Source: an uncultured Rhodospirillaceae bacterium (GTDB lineage: Bacteria > Pseudomonadota > Alphaproteobacteria > SP197). From it: a DNA stretch of 64,000 bases. Where the stretch lies: positions 79,770 through 143,769 of the forward strand of contig CAZGYG010000001.1 of the NCBI GenBank assembly GCA_964530335.1, in the 5' to 3' direction. The notes under the pieces are model-generated. The model saw nothing but the letters and a program-made list of their open reading frames with translations, was not told the DNA's origin and did no database searches. Position numbers and translations under genes: made by a program. Shown in pieces: positions 27,581 to 39,926 of the stretch (its first letter is position 1; each line of letters starts with the position of its first letter).

Positions 27581-28042
27581 CTAGGCGCCCCGCTTCGCAC
27601 CGAGTCCACCGACGAAGTCCTCGAAGTCCTTGGCCTCGCGGAAGTTGCGGTAGACCGAGGCGAAGCGCACGTAGGCGACCTGATCGAGCGAGGCGAGCGC
27701 ATCCATCACCAACTCGCCGATCACCTGGCTCGGCACCTCGGGCTCGCCCAGGGTCTCGAGCTGTCGCTGGATGCTGTTGACGAGGCGCTCGATGCGCTCG
27801 GGCTCGACCGGGCGCTTGCGCACGGCGATCTCGATCGAGCGCTGGAGCTTGTCGCGGTCGAACGGAACCCGCATGCCGTTCTTCTTCACGACGACGAGCT
27901 CGCGCAACTGGACCCGTTCGAAGGTCGTGAAGCGCGCGCCGCAACCGACGCAATGGCGCCGGCGCCGGATCGACGCGCCGTCATCGGACGGCCGGGAATC
28001 CTTCACCTGGGTGTCGTCGTGGCCGCAGAACGGGCAATGCAT
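27581..28042 (-). CDS. nrdR: Transcriptional repressor NrdR
   Basis: [17 protein letters not shown]...[13 protein letters not shown] (zinc ribbon) plus an ATP-cone ([14 protein letters not shown]). Confidence 0.95.
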   Translation of the reverse strand: MHCPFCGHDDTQVKDSRPSDDGASIRRRRHCVGCGARFTTFERVQLRELVVVKKNGMRVPFDRDKLQRSIEIAVRKRPVEPERIERLVNSIQRQLETLGEPEVPSQVIGELVMDALASLDQVAYVRFASVYRNFREAKDFEDFVGGLGAKRGA

Positions 28043-28064
28043 GGTGTCTCTCGACCGGTCCGGT

Positions 28065-28496
28065 TCAGGAAAACTTGGCCACGCGCCGGACGTGGCGTCC
28101 GCCTTCGAACGGCGTCGCCAGGAACACCCTTAGGCAATCCTTGGCAACCTCCTCGCCAATCAGGCGCGCCCCCAGGCACAGCACGTTGGCATCGTTGTCC
28201 TTGCGCGTCAGCCGCGCCGACACGGCATCGTGGCAGGCCGCGGCGCGGACGGCGCGGAACCGGTTGGCCGCCATGCTCATGCCGATGCCGGTGCCGCAGA
28301 TCAGCACCCCCCGCTCGGCCCGCCCAGATTCGATCGCCCGGGCGACCCGTTCGGCGTAATCCGGATAATCGACCGAGGCCGTGTCGTTAGTTCCGAGATC
28401 CTCGACGACGCAGTTCAGGCTCTCCAGTTCCGACTTGAGAACGGTCTTGAGGCCGAATCCCGCGTGATCGCAGGCTATCGCCACTCGCACCGTCAC
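28065..28496 (-). CDS. rpiB: Ribose-5-phosphate isomerase B
   Basis: [13 protein letters not shown]...[17 protein letters not shown]...NVLCLGAR; 143 aa. Confidence 0.9.
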   Translation of the reverse strand: MTVRVAIACDHAGFGLKTVLKSELESLNCVVEDLGTNDTASVDYPDYAERVARAIESGRAERGVLICGTGIGMSMAANRFRAVRAAACHDAVSARLTRKDNDANVLCLGARLIGEEVAKDCLRVFLATPFEGGRHVRRVAKFS

Positions 28497-28663
28497 GCTC
28501 GCGATTCTCCGCTCTCGCCGCCCCGCCGTTACCTAGCATAGGAGTCCGGCGCGGGCCAGACGCGCGCGGCCGCGCCGGTACCCGATCTTGGAGTTTCGCG
28601 CCACGGGCGCGAAGCCCGTGATCGGGCGTTCCCTTGGGCAGGTCGCCGGCGCGAGCAAATGTG

Positions 28664-28681
28664 TTGACATTCCATTGTCAA
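28664..28681. promoter_or_regulatory. Perfect 6-6-6 inverted repeat TTGACA-TTCCAT-TGTCAA in the AT-rich region upstream of mucR (promoter -35 and/or operator)
   Basis: TTGACA (28664-28669) and TGTCAA (28676-28681) are exact reverse complements. They sit about 50 nt upstream of the GTG start in a locally AT-rich stretch (AAATGTGTTGACATTCCATTGTCAAAGTAGGTAACAAACA). Confidence 0.35.
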
Positions 28682-28731
28682 AGTAGGTAACAAACACCTG
28701 TCGAATTCTGTTCTGTAGGGAGGAATGAAAC

Positions 28732-29163
28732 GTGGCTGACGACAACGACAAGAAAGTCTCGCCCAGCGAATTGCTGCACATGGTCGCCGACGTGGTTTCC
28801 GCGTACGTCAGCAACAACCAGGTCTTGGCCAATCAGCTGCCCGAGGTCATCCGATCGGTCTATTCATCGATCGCCGAACAGCACGGTGGCCGGCGCGAGG
28901 ACTCGCCCGAAGCGGGCAAGCCGGCGGTGCCGATTCGCAAGTCGATCACCCCGGAGTACCTCATCTGCCTGGAGGACGGCAAGAAACTGAAGATGCTCAA
29001 ACGGCATCTTCGCACGTCCTTCAACCTGAGCCCGGAAGAATACCGGGTGAAATGGGGCCTGGGCGGCGATTATCCGATGGTCGCGCCGAACTACGCGAAG
29101 CAGCGTTCGGACTTCGCCAAGAAGATCGGGCTGGGGCGCAAGCGTCCGCGCGGCCGGAAGTAG
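28732..29163 (+). CDS. mucR: MucR/Ros-family zinc-finger transcriptional regulator
   Basis: GTG start at 28732, preceded by GGGAGGA. Sequence ITPEYLICLEDGKKLKMLKRHLRTSFNLSPEEYRVKWGLGGDYPMVAPNYAKQRSDFAKKIGLGRK is the family signature. Confidence 0.93.
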   Translation: MADDNDKKVSPSELLHMVADVVSAYVSNNQVLANQLPEVIRSVYSSIAEQHGGRREDSPEAGKPAVPIRKSITPEYLICLEDGKKLKMLKRHLRTSFNLSPEEYRVKWGLGGDYPMVAPNYAKQRSDFAKKIGLGRKRPRGRK

Positions 29164-29189
29164 CCGTTCCCCATCGGCGCCAACGGAAA

Positions 29190-29219
29190 GGGCCCGGCGG
29201 TGGTGACACCGCCGGGCCC
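29190..29219. terminator. Bidirectional hairpin between convergent mucR and the Liv-type binding-protein gene
   Basis: GGGCCCGGCGGTG (29190-29202), GTGA tetraloop, CACCGCCGGGCCC (29207-29219). This is a 13-bp perfect stem. Confidence 0.6.
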
Positions 29220-29237
29220 TGCCGTCTTGGCCGCAAG

Positions 29238-30359
29238 TTACATCGAGGGCGTCTCGGCGTACTCGCCCTTCGACCACAGGAACCAAACGTACTGGGAGTT
29301 GGACACGTCACCCTTGCCGTCGTAGGCCAGATTGCCGAGGACCGTATCGTAGGCCTTGCCGCGGATCGCCGCCGACACCGCCGCCGCATCGACCGATCCG
29401 GCCGCCTCGACCGCCGCCGCCCAGACCTGGAACGCGGCGTACGTGTAGAGAGTGTAGCCTTCAGGGTCGTAGCCATCGGCCGCGAACTTCGCGACGATGT
29501 CCTTGGACGAGTCCAGTTTGCGCGGGTCGGGCGCGAAGGTCATGATCGTGCCCTCGGCCGCTTCGCCCGCGATCGCCCAGAACTCGTTGGTGACGAGCGC
29601 GTCCTCGCTGATGAACTGGGCTTCGAGACCCTGCTCACGCGCCTGCCGGATCAGGTACCCGGCCTCGGTGTGGTAGAGGCCCGCGTAGATCGCGTCGATG
29701 TTCGCCGCCTTCATCTTGCTGACCAGGGCGGTGAAGTCGACGTCGCCCTGGTTGATCGCCTCGTACATGGCCTCCTGGAGGCCGTTGGCGTTCATCGCCT
29801 TCTTGGTCTCATCGGCGATGCCTTTGCCGTAGGTCGACTTGTCGTGGATGATCGCGACTGCCTTGCCGGCGTACTTCTCGGCGATGAACTTGCCGGCGAC
29901 CAGGCCTTGCGCGTCGTCGCGGCCGCAGGTGCGGAACACGTGGATCCAGCCCTGGGCCGCCGCTTCCTCGGTCAGCGCCGGGTTGGTCGAGGCCGGGGTG
30001 ATCTGCAGCACGTTGGCCTCGGCGTAAACCGCCGACGCCGGAATCGACGAGCTGGAGCAGAAATGCCCCGCGACGAACACGACGCCCTTGGAAACGAAGT
30101 CGTTCGCGACCGCCGTGGCCTGCTTCGGATCGCAGGCGTCGTCGCCGATGCTCAGGACGAGCTGCTGACCCAGCACGCCGCCCGCGGCGTTGATGTCGGC
30201 GACGGCCATCTCGGCGCCGCGCCTCAGTTGCTCGCCGAACGACGCGTAGTCACCCGTCATCGGGCCGGCCGAGGCGACCAGAATGTCGGCCTTGGCCCCC
30301 GAACTTGCGAACAGGACCGCCGCCAGCGCGGCGGTCGCGGTAGCAAGAACTCTCCTCAT
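29238..30359 (-). CDS. Branched-chain amino-acid ABC-transporter substrate-binding protein (LivJ/LivK/BraC family)
   Basis: ATG at 30359 (MRRVLATATAALAAVLFASSGAKA signal peptide), then ILVASAGPMTGDYASFGEQLRRGAEMAVADINAAGGVLGQ. Confidence 0.88.
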   Translation of the reverse strand: MRRVLATATAALAAVLFASSGAKADILVASAGPMTGDYASFGEQLRRGAEMAVADINAAGGVLGQQLVLSIGDDACDPKQATAVANDFVSKGVVFVAGHFCSSSSIPASAVYAEANVLQITPASTNPALTEEAAAQGWIHVFRTCGRDDAQGLVAGKFIAEKYAGKAVAIIHDKSTYGKGIADETKKAMNANGLQEAMYEAINQGDVDFTALVSKMKAANIDAIYAGLYHTEAGYLIRQAREQGLEAQFISEDALVTNEFWAIAGEAAEGTIMTFAPDPRKLDSSKDIVAKFAADGYDPEGYTLYTYAAFQVWAAAVEAAGSVDAAAVSAAIRGKAYDTVLGNLAYDGKGDVSNSQYVWFLWSKGEYAETPSM

Positions 30360-30494
30360 GGACGCTTCTCCCATAAGCAGCGCTTTATCGACGATCGCCG
30401 TTGCAGGCCGATCTAAAGGGCAGGGCACGCCGCATACCCCCACCCGTCATGGCACGGAGTCTAGCCCACCCGGTTTTCGGCTACAATCGGGCAG

Positions 30495-30836
30495 TTACGC
30501 CTTGTCGCGCCAGTTCAGGAGCCCGGCGCGCTCGTACAGCCAGGGGTACTGGGCAACCATCCTGTTGGCTTGAGTGACCCTCCGGGCAAGCAGGGCGACG
30601 GCCACGATCACCCCGGTATCGATCACCAATCCGGACAGCGACAGGCCATCGCCGCCGAACAGGGCGAAAATCAGGAACCGATCGACGACCCCGAGCATCG
30701 CTCCGTAGAAGATGCATAGCCAGGCCGGCCGCCATGTCACGCCGACCGCCCGGCCCATCATCAGCGCGGCGCCCCCGAACAGAAAGAGGGTGACCCCGAT
30801 GAACACGGCGAGCGAGGTTCCGAGCAGGCTTTCCAT
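30495..30836 (-). CDS. Small integral membrane protein (113 aa, about 3 TM) embedded in the liv operon
   Basis: MESLLGTSLAVFIGVTLFLFGGAALMMG..., with three hydrophobic segments. It lies between livF and the binding-protein gene, and its codon usage resembles the neighbours. Confidence 0.6.
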   Translation of the reverse strand: MESLLGTSLAVFIGVTLFLFGGAALMMGRAVGVTWRPAWLCIFYGAMLGVVDRFLIFALFGGDGLSLSGLVIDTGVIVAVALLARRVTQANRMVAQYPWLYERAGLLNWRDKA

Positions 30837-30853
30837 GGCCGATCCCCCCCGCC

Positions 30854-31576
30854 TTACGCCGCCGCGCCGTGCCCGCCCTCGAGGTACGCCTTGCGCACCT
30901 CCGGGTTGGCGAGCAGCTCGGCGCCGGTCCCGGACAAGGTCAGCAGGCCGTTAACCATGACGTAGCCGCGATGGGCCAGCCGCAGCGCGTGGTAGGCGTT
31001 CTGCTCGACCAGCAGCACGGTGACGCCGTGGTTCGCGTTGATTTCGCGGATGACCGCGAAGATCTGCTTGACGAGCATGGGCGCCAGGCCCAGCGACGGC
31101 TCGTCGAGCAGCAGGAGCCGCGGCCGCGCCATCAGGGCCCGCGCGATCGCCAGCATCTGCTGCTCGCCACCCGACAGGGTGCCGCCGCGCTGCCCTACCC
31201 GCTCGCGGAGGATCGGGAACAGCGCGAAGACCTGATCAAGGTCGTCGGCGAACCTGGTCGGGTCCGCCGTCGTCGCCCCCATCTGCAGGTTTTCGAGCAC
31301 CGTCATGCGCGGAAAGATGCGGCGGCCCTCGGGCGCGTGCGCGAGGCCGCGGCGCATGATCTCGTAGGTCGGCTGCCTGGTGATGTCCGCGCCGTCGAGA
31401 TGAACCTGGCCCGAACGGGCGGTGGGGCTGCCGCAAACGGTCATCAGCAGCGTGGTCTTCCCGGCCCCGTTGGATCCAATCAAGGTGACGATCTCGCCCT
31501 TGCCGACCTCCAGGCTCACGCCGCGCAGGGCCTCGATCTGGCCGTAGAAGGCGTGGACGTTCTGGATTCTCAGCAT
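30854..31576 (-). CDS. livF: Branched-chain amino-acid ABC transporter ATP-binding protein LivF
   Basis: ATG at 31576 (MLRIQNVHAFYGQIEALRGVSL). Walker A GSNGAGKTT, signature LSGGEQQMLAIARAL, Walker B LLLLDEPSLGLAP. Confidence 0.9.
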   Translation of the reverse strand: MLRIQNVHAFYGQIEALRGVSLEVGKGEIVTLIGSNGAGKTTLLMTVCGSPTARSGQVHLDGADITRQPTYEIMRRGLAHAPEGRRIFPRMTVLENLQMGATTADPTRFADDLDQVFALFPILRERVGQRGGTLSGGEQQMLAIARALMARPRLLLLDEPSLGLAPMLVKQIFAVIREINANHGVTVLLVEQNAYHALRLAHRGYVMVNGLLTLSGTGAELLANPEVRKAYLEGGHGAAA

Positions 31577-31583
31577 GGCGCGC

Positions 31584-32435
31584 CTAGGGATGCGCCGAGA
31601 GATCGGCGGCGACGATAGCGGGCAGATCTTCTCCCGCTTCCTCGCCCAGATAGGCGCGGATGACGTTGGGGTCCTGGCGCACGACATCCGGCGTGCCGGC
31701 GGCGATCCTGCGGCCGTAGTCGAGCACGACGATGTAGTCGGAGATGCCCATGACGACGCTCATGTCGTGCTCGATCAAGAGGATCCCGATCGCGTGGTCG
31801 GCCCGGATCGCCAGCAGCAGTTCGTTGAGCTCGGCGGATTCGCGGGCGTTGAGGCCCGCGGCCGGCTCGTCCAGGCAGAGCAGGACCGGATCGGTGCACA
31901 TCGCGCGGGCGATCTCGAGCCGGCGCTGCGACCCGTAGGGCAGGCCGCCCGCCCCGAGGTCCGCCTGCGCCGTCAGCCCGAAGCGGTCGAGCCAGTAGCG
32001 CGCCAGCTCGACGGCCTTGCGTTCCGCCCTGGTATAGACCGGCAACCCGAACAGGCCGGCGACGCTGTATCCGGACGCCCGCATCAACCGGTTGTGCTGC
32101 GCCACGATCAGGTTCTCCAGCACCGACATCCCGGCGAACAGCCGGATGTTCTGGAACGTGCGCGCGACGCCCGCCCGCTGCGCGATGCGAAAGCCGTCCA
32201 TGCGCTCCAGGTAGAAGCGGCCGCGCCTGCCGTCCAACGCCATGCGTCCGACGGTCGGCTTGTAGAACCCGGTCAAGCAGTTGAACACCGTCGTCTTGCC
32301 CGCGCCGTTCGGGCCGATGATCGCCGTGATCTGCTTGTCGTTCGCGGCGAACGAGACGTCATCGACGGCGACCAGGCCGCCGAACCGCATCGACAGATGC
32401 TCGACCGCTAGCAACGGCTTCCCGTTCGCCGCCAT
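31584..32435 (-). CDS. livG: Branched-chain amino-acid ABC transporter ATP-binding protein LivG
   Basis: ATG at 32435 (MAANGKPLLAVEHLSMRFGGLVAVDDVSF). GPNGAGKTT, LPYGSQRRLEIARAM, LLCLDEPAAGLN. This is the tail of the artefactual ORF 31584..33656. Confidence 0.9.
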   Translation of the reverse strand: MAANGKPLLAVEHLSMRFGGLVAVDDVSFAANDKQITAIIGPNGAGKTTVFNCLTGFYKPTVGRMALDGRRGRFYLERMDGFRIAQRAGVARTFQNIRLFAGMSVLENLIVAQHNRLMRASGYSVAGLFGLPVYTRAERKAVELARYWLDRFGLTAQADLGAGGLPYGSQRRLEIARAMCTDPVLLCLDEPAAGLNARESAELNELLLAIRADHAIGILLIEHDMSVVMGISDYIVVLDYGRRIAAGTPDVVRQDPNVIRAYLGEEAGEDLPAIVAADLSAHP

Positions 32436-32437
32436 AG

Positions 32438-33928
<1,491 letters not shown>

Positions 33929-33931
33929 GGT

Positions 33932-34852
<921 letters not shown>

Positions 34853-35037
34853 GTGCCGCCCCCCAGTCCCCACACCGGCGTTCTTCTGCGTGGCGCCGGA
34901 TGCCCGCCACAACTAGCCGACGCGCCAGCGGTCGGCAAGGGCCTTGTCCGCTAGGATTTGGCGTGCGCGGGACAAGTCCACGGATGACGGAAAGGGGGTA
35001 CTGTTCGTTTGAGTCACGCCTGCTACCGCGGCCGGCG

Positions 35038-35229
35038 TCAGGCGTGCCGCTTCGCGATCATGCGGTCGAGCTTGCGCAGCACCAGACGTTCCAGGTGCGC
35101 CCGGCCGGCCGCGGCGGCGCCGACGATATAGACTTCGGTCAGCGTCGCGGGATCGAACGCGGACACGCGCACGTAGGCGCCCTGCGGCACCATTTCGATG
35201 ATGACGTCTTCGTCGGCGGCTTCGCCCAT
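35038..35229 (-). CDS. Small hypothetical protein (63 aa)
   Basis: ATG at 35229, preceded by GGAGAG at 5-nt spacing. Protein-like composition (MGEAADEDVIIEMVPQGAYVRVSAFDPATLTEVYIVG...LERLVLRKLDRMIAKRHA). I do not assert any family. Confidence 0.5.
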   Translation of the reverse strand: MGEAADEDVIIEMVPQGAYVRVSAFDPATLTEVYIVGAAAAGRAHLERLVLRKLDRMIAKRHA

Positions 35230-35305
35230 CGCGCTCTCCAGGTGCTCCGCGTCGGCGCCCTGTTGCCGGCGGCGCGACAGCCTTATAAATAGGCGTCAAG
35301 GCTTA

Positions 35306-35337
35306 CCTGTTGCTGAATAGGCCTGTTGCTGAATGGG
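35306..35337. repeat. Tandem duplication of a 16-bp unit in the gcdH 5' region
   Basis: CCTGTTGCTGAATAGG (35306-35321) is followed directly by CCTGTTGCTGAATGGG (35322-35337), 15 of 16 identical. It is preceded by TTATAAATAGG, and ATG 35375 lies 38 nt downstream. Confidence 0.8.
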
Positions 35338-35374
35338 CCCATTCCTTAACGGGGCCGCATGAGGAGTCCGCGCC

Positions 35375-36592
<1,218 letters not shown>

Positions 36593-36604
36593 GCGCCGCG
36601 TCGC

Positions 36605-37357
36605 TCAGGCGACGCCGAAGGCCTGGACCAGTCCGCGGATGCTGAGCAGCACGATCATGGCGCCGACCAGGAACATGAGCGGCCTGTCGGGGATCGATTT
36701 GGCGGCGTACGCGGCGATCGGCGCGGCGATGGCGCCACCGAGGATGAGCCCGAGGATGATCGGCCACAGCTCCAGACCGATGGTACCCAGGAACGTCGCC
36801 GAGATGACCACGGCTACGAAGAACTCGGCGGCGTTGACCGACCCGATCGTGTAGCGCGGCTTGGTGCCATGGCCGAGCAGGGTCGAGGTGACCATGGGGC
36901 CCCAACCGCCGCCACCGATGGCGTCGAGAAAGCCGCCCGAGAGCCCGAGCGCGCCGATCCACCTGGGTGGCTCGGTCTTCGGCTCCTCGTTCAGGCGAAG
37001 CGCCTTCCAGAGAATCCAGAAGCCCATCACCATCAGATACGCGGTCATCAGCGGCCTGACGACGTTGCCCGAGATCGTAGTCAGAAGGTAGGCGCCTGCC
37101 GCGCCACCGGCCATGCCCGGAAGCGCAAGTCGCCAGACGAACGCCCACCGGACGTTGCCGAGGCGCCAGTGAGACAAGCCGGAGATACCGGTGGTGAAGA
37201 TTTCGGCCGCGTGCACGCTCGCACTCGCGGTGGCGGGAGAAACCCCGAGGCTCAACATGACCGTCGTGCCGGTCAAGCCGTAAGCCATGCCGATGGCGCC
37301 ATCGACCAGTTGCGCGGCGAAGCCCACGGCCGCGAATAGGATGAAGTCGTCCCACAT
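36605..37357 (-). CDS. TauE/SafE-family anion (sulfite-type) exporter
   Basis: 250 aa, about 7-8 TM: [21 protein letters not shown]...GGGGWGP. Confidence 0.8.
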   Translation of the reverse strand: MWDDFILFAAVGFAAQLVDGAIGMAYGLTGTTVMLSLGVSPATASASVHAAEIFTTGISGLSHWRLGNVRWAFVWRLALPGMAGGAAGAYLLTTISGNVVRPLMTAYLMVMGFWILWKALRLNEEPKTEPPRWIGALGLSGGFLDAIGGGGWGPMVTSTLLGHGTKPRYTIGSVNAAEFFVAVVISATFLGTIGLELWPIILGLILGGAIAAPIAAYAAKSIPDRPLMFLVGAMIVLLSIRGLVQAFGVA

Positions 37358-37410
37358 GGTTCGATTCCTGGAATTGTCTGGGGAGCTTCAGCGACCCATG
37401 ACGTAAATCT

Positions 37411-38190
37411 TCAGCGCGAGGTCGAGCCGCCGTCCACCGGCAGGGCCACGCCGGTCAGGAACGCGCCGGCGTCGGAGGCCAGGTAGAGCACCGCCCAGGC
37501 GACCTCCTCGGGCCGCCCGACGCGGCCCAGCGGCAGCGCCGCCGCGTAGGCGCGCAGCGCCTCGGCGTAAGCGACACCGCGCGACGCCGCGCCCCGTTCA
37601 AGCATCGGCGTGTCGATCTCCGCCGGGCAGACACAGTTGACGCGGATGCCATCGCGCGCGTGGTCGAGCGCCATCGCCTTGGTCAGCATCAGGACGCCAC
37701 CCTTGCTGGTGCAATAGGCGGCGGCGCCCGGCCCCGCGAACAGCGACCAGTCGGAGCCGATGTTGACGATAGCGCCGCCACCGGTCCGCATCGCCGGCAC
37801 CGCGGCCCGGCAGACGTTAAACGTGCCCGTGAGATTGGTATCGAGGACGCGGAACCAGTCGTCGTCGGACGTGTCGAGTACCGCGCCACCCGCAAATATC
37901 CCCGCGCCGTTGACCACGATGTCGAGCCGGCCGAGCTCGGCGACCGCGCGCCGCACCGCCGCGTCGCACTGCGCCGCATCGGTCACGTCGAGCGCCTGGA
38001 ACACCGCTTGCCCGCCCTGGCCGCGGATGCCGTCGCACACCGCCTGCCCGCGCGCACCGTCGCGCCCGGCCACGACGACCGAGGCGCCCGCCGCGGCCAG
38101 CACCTCGGCGCAAGCGCGGCCGATGCCCGAGGTCGCGCCGGTGACCAGCGCCACCTTGCCCGGAACGCCGAAGGGCCCGTACCCGGTCAT
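37411..38190 (-). CDS. Classical SDR oxidoreductase (third of three in tandem)
   Basis: ATG at 38190 overlaps the upstream stop (ATGA). Motifs TGATSGIGRA, NGAG, YCTSKGG. Confidence 0.85.
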   Translation of the reverse strand: MTGYGPFGVPGKVALVTGATSGIGRACAEVLAAAGASVVVAGRDGARGQAVCDGIRGQGGQAVFQALDVTDAAQCDAAVRRAVAELGRLDIVVNGAGIFAGGAVLDTSDDDWFRVLDTNLTGTFNVCRAAVPAMRTGGGAIVNIGSDWSLFAGPGAAAYCTSKGGVLMLTKAMALDHARDGIRVNCVCPAEIDTPMLERGAASRGVAYAEALRAYAAALPLGRVGRPEEVAWAVLYLASDAGAFLTGVALPVDGGSTSR

Positions 38191-38957
38191 GCGGCCGTCA
38201 TGCCGCCGTCGAGCGCGAGCGCCGCGCCGGTGATGAACGCGGCCCGGTCCGAGGCCAGGAACAGCACCGCGTCGGCCACGTCCTGGGGTCGGCCGATGCG
38301 TCCCATGGGCACGGCCGCGGCGTCGAGGCGGCGCAGCGCCGCCGGATCCATGCCCAGATCCGCCGCCTCGAGGTCGAGCATCGGGGTATCGACCGCGGTC
38401 GGGCACACGGCGTTGACCCGGATGCCGTCCGCCGCGTGATCGAGCGCCGCGGCGCGGGTGAACTGCAGCACGGCGCCCTTGCTCGCGCAGTACGCGGCCA
38501 GGTTCGGCGTTCCGACGAACGACGCATCGGAGGCGATGTTGACGACCGCGCCGCGCGCTTGGCGCTTCATCACGGCGAGCGCCGCGCGCGTCGTGAAGAA
38601 CACCGCGTGGACGTTGACCGCCATGATGCGCCGCCAGTCGTCGTCGGTCGTGGTGTCGACCGGCTTGCGCGCGACGACACCGGCGTTGTTGACCAGCACG
38701 TCGAGCCGGGCGAAGCGGGCGACGGTCGCGGCGACGATGCGCTCACAGCCGTCGCGGTCGCCGAGGTCGGCGGCGACGAAGTCCGCCTTGCCGCCCGCCC
38801 TGACGATGGCGTCGAGCACGGCCTGGCCGCGCATCGCGTCCCGACCGCTCAACATGACCGTGGCGCCCGCCCCGGCCAACGTCGCCGCGACCGCGGCGCC
38901 GATCCCGGACGTGGCGCCGGTCACCAGGGCGACTTGACCGTCGAGGCGCATGACCAT
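38187..38957 (-). CDS. Classical SDR oxidoreductase (second of three in tandem)
   Basis: Motifs TGATSGIGAA, NNAG, YCASKGA; 256 aa. Confidence 0.85.
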   Translation of the reverse strand: MVMRLDGQVALVTGATSGIGAAVAATLAGAGATVMLSGRDAMRGQAVLDAIVRAGGKADFVAADLGDRDGCERIVAATVARFARLDVLVNNAGVVARKPVDTTTDDDWRRIMAVNVHAVFFTTRAALAVMKRQARGAVVNIASDASFVGTPNLAAYCASKGAVLQFTRAAALDHAADGIRVNAVCPTAVDTPMLDLEAADLGMDPAALRRLDAAAVPMGRIGRPQDVADAVLFLASDRAAFITGAALALDGGMTAA

Positions 38958-38961
38958 ACCG

Positions 38962-39738
38962 CTACTGTATCCCGACTACCCCGGCATCGACCCCGATCGC
39001 CTGGCCCGACACCAGCCGCCCGGCGTCGGAGATCAGGAACAGCACCATCCCCGCCACGTCGTCGGCCGTGACGAAGGCGCGCATCGCCGTGCGTTCCAGA
39101 TAGATCGCGCGCATGGATTCGACGCTCGTGTTCTGGGCCCTGGCCTTGGCCGCGATCACCCGGTCGATGCGCGGCCCGGCCACCGGCCCGGGCAGGATCG
39201 CGTTCGAGCGGATGTTGTAGGCCCCGAGCTCGGCGGCAAGCGTGTGGCTGAACCCGACCACGCCCCACTTGGACGCGGCGTAGGGGCTGCGGAGGGGAAA
39301 CCCGAACCGCCCCGCCGCCGACGAGATGTTGACGATCGCCCCGCCGCCCGCCGCCTTGAGCAGGGGTACCGCCCGGCGCGCGCAATAAAACTGGCCCGAC
39401 AGGTTGACCGCGATGGTGCGGTTCCACTCCGCCGGCTCGATGGCGTCGACGGCGGCGGTCGGCCCGGCGATGCCGGCGTTGTTGACCAGCGCGTCCAGCC
39501 CGCCGAGGCGTGCCGCGCCCTCGGCGAACAGGCGGTCGACAGCCGTTGGATCGGCCACGTCGCACGGCGTCGTCGTGACGCCCGCGACCTCGCGCGGCAG
39601 GCGCGCGAGCGCGCCCTCGTCGACGTCGCAGGCATGGACCCGCGCGCCCGCGCCGACCAGGGCGCCGACGATCGCCCGGCCGATGCCGGTGGCGCCGGCG
39701 GTCACGATCACCCGCTTGCCCTCCAGGTGGAACTCCAT
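38962..39738 (-). CDS. Classical SDR oxidoreductase (first of three in tandem)
   Basis: Motifs TAGATGIGRA, NNAG, YAASKWG; 258 aa. Confidence 0.85.
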   Translation of the reverse strand: MEFHLEGKRVIVTAGATGIGRAIVGALVGAGARVHACDVDEGALARLPREVAGVTTTPCDVADPTAVDRLFAEGAARLGGLDALVNNAGIAGPTAAVDAIEPAEWNRTIAVNLSGQFYCARRAVPLLKAAGGGAIVNISSAAGRFGFPLRSPYAASKWGVVGFSHTLAAELGAYNIRSNAILPGPVAGPRIDRVIAAKARAQNTSVESMRAIYLERTAMRAFVTADDVAGMVLFLISDAGRLVSGQAIGVDAGVVGIQ

Positions 39739-39876
39739 GGTGACCTCCCCCGGCCCTCGGCGTTCTTAACATGGCCGCCGGCCCCTTGCGCCCAGTTCCC
39801 ATGGCGAAGCCTAAGGGGTACGCTCCACCCATCGCACGTCGGTTCCGGCCGCGGCGAGCGTTGCGACGCGCCGAAA

Positions 39877-39916
39877 CCCATGTTCAACAATCAAGGCCCA
39901 TGTTCAACAATCAGGG
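39877..39916. repeat. Tandem duplication of a 20-bp unit abutting the ribosome-binding site of the binding-protein gene
   Basis: CCCATGTTCAACAATCAAGG (39877-39896) is followed by CCCATGTTCAACAATCAGGG (39897-39916), 19 of 20 identical. The last GGG runs into the SD GGGGAGG, and the ATG is at 39927. Confidence 0.85.
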
Positions 39917-39926
39917 GAGGTCGTTC

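Noticed and set aside
28533-28832. A 99-aa minus-strand ORF spanning the mucR promoter and start.
   Set aside because: It overlaps the well-supported mucR start on the opposite strand and the AT-rich promoter region. It has an odd composition and no SD.
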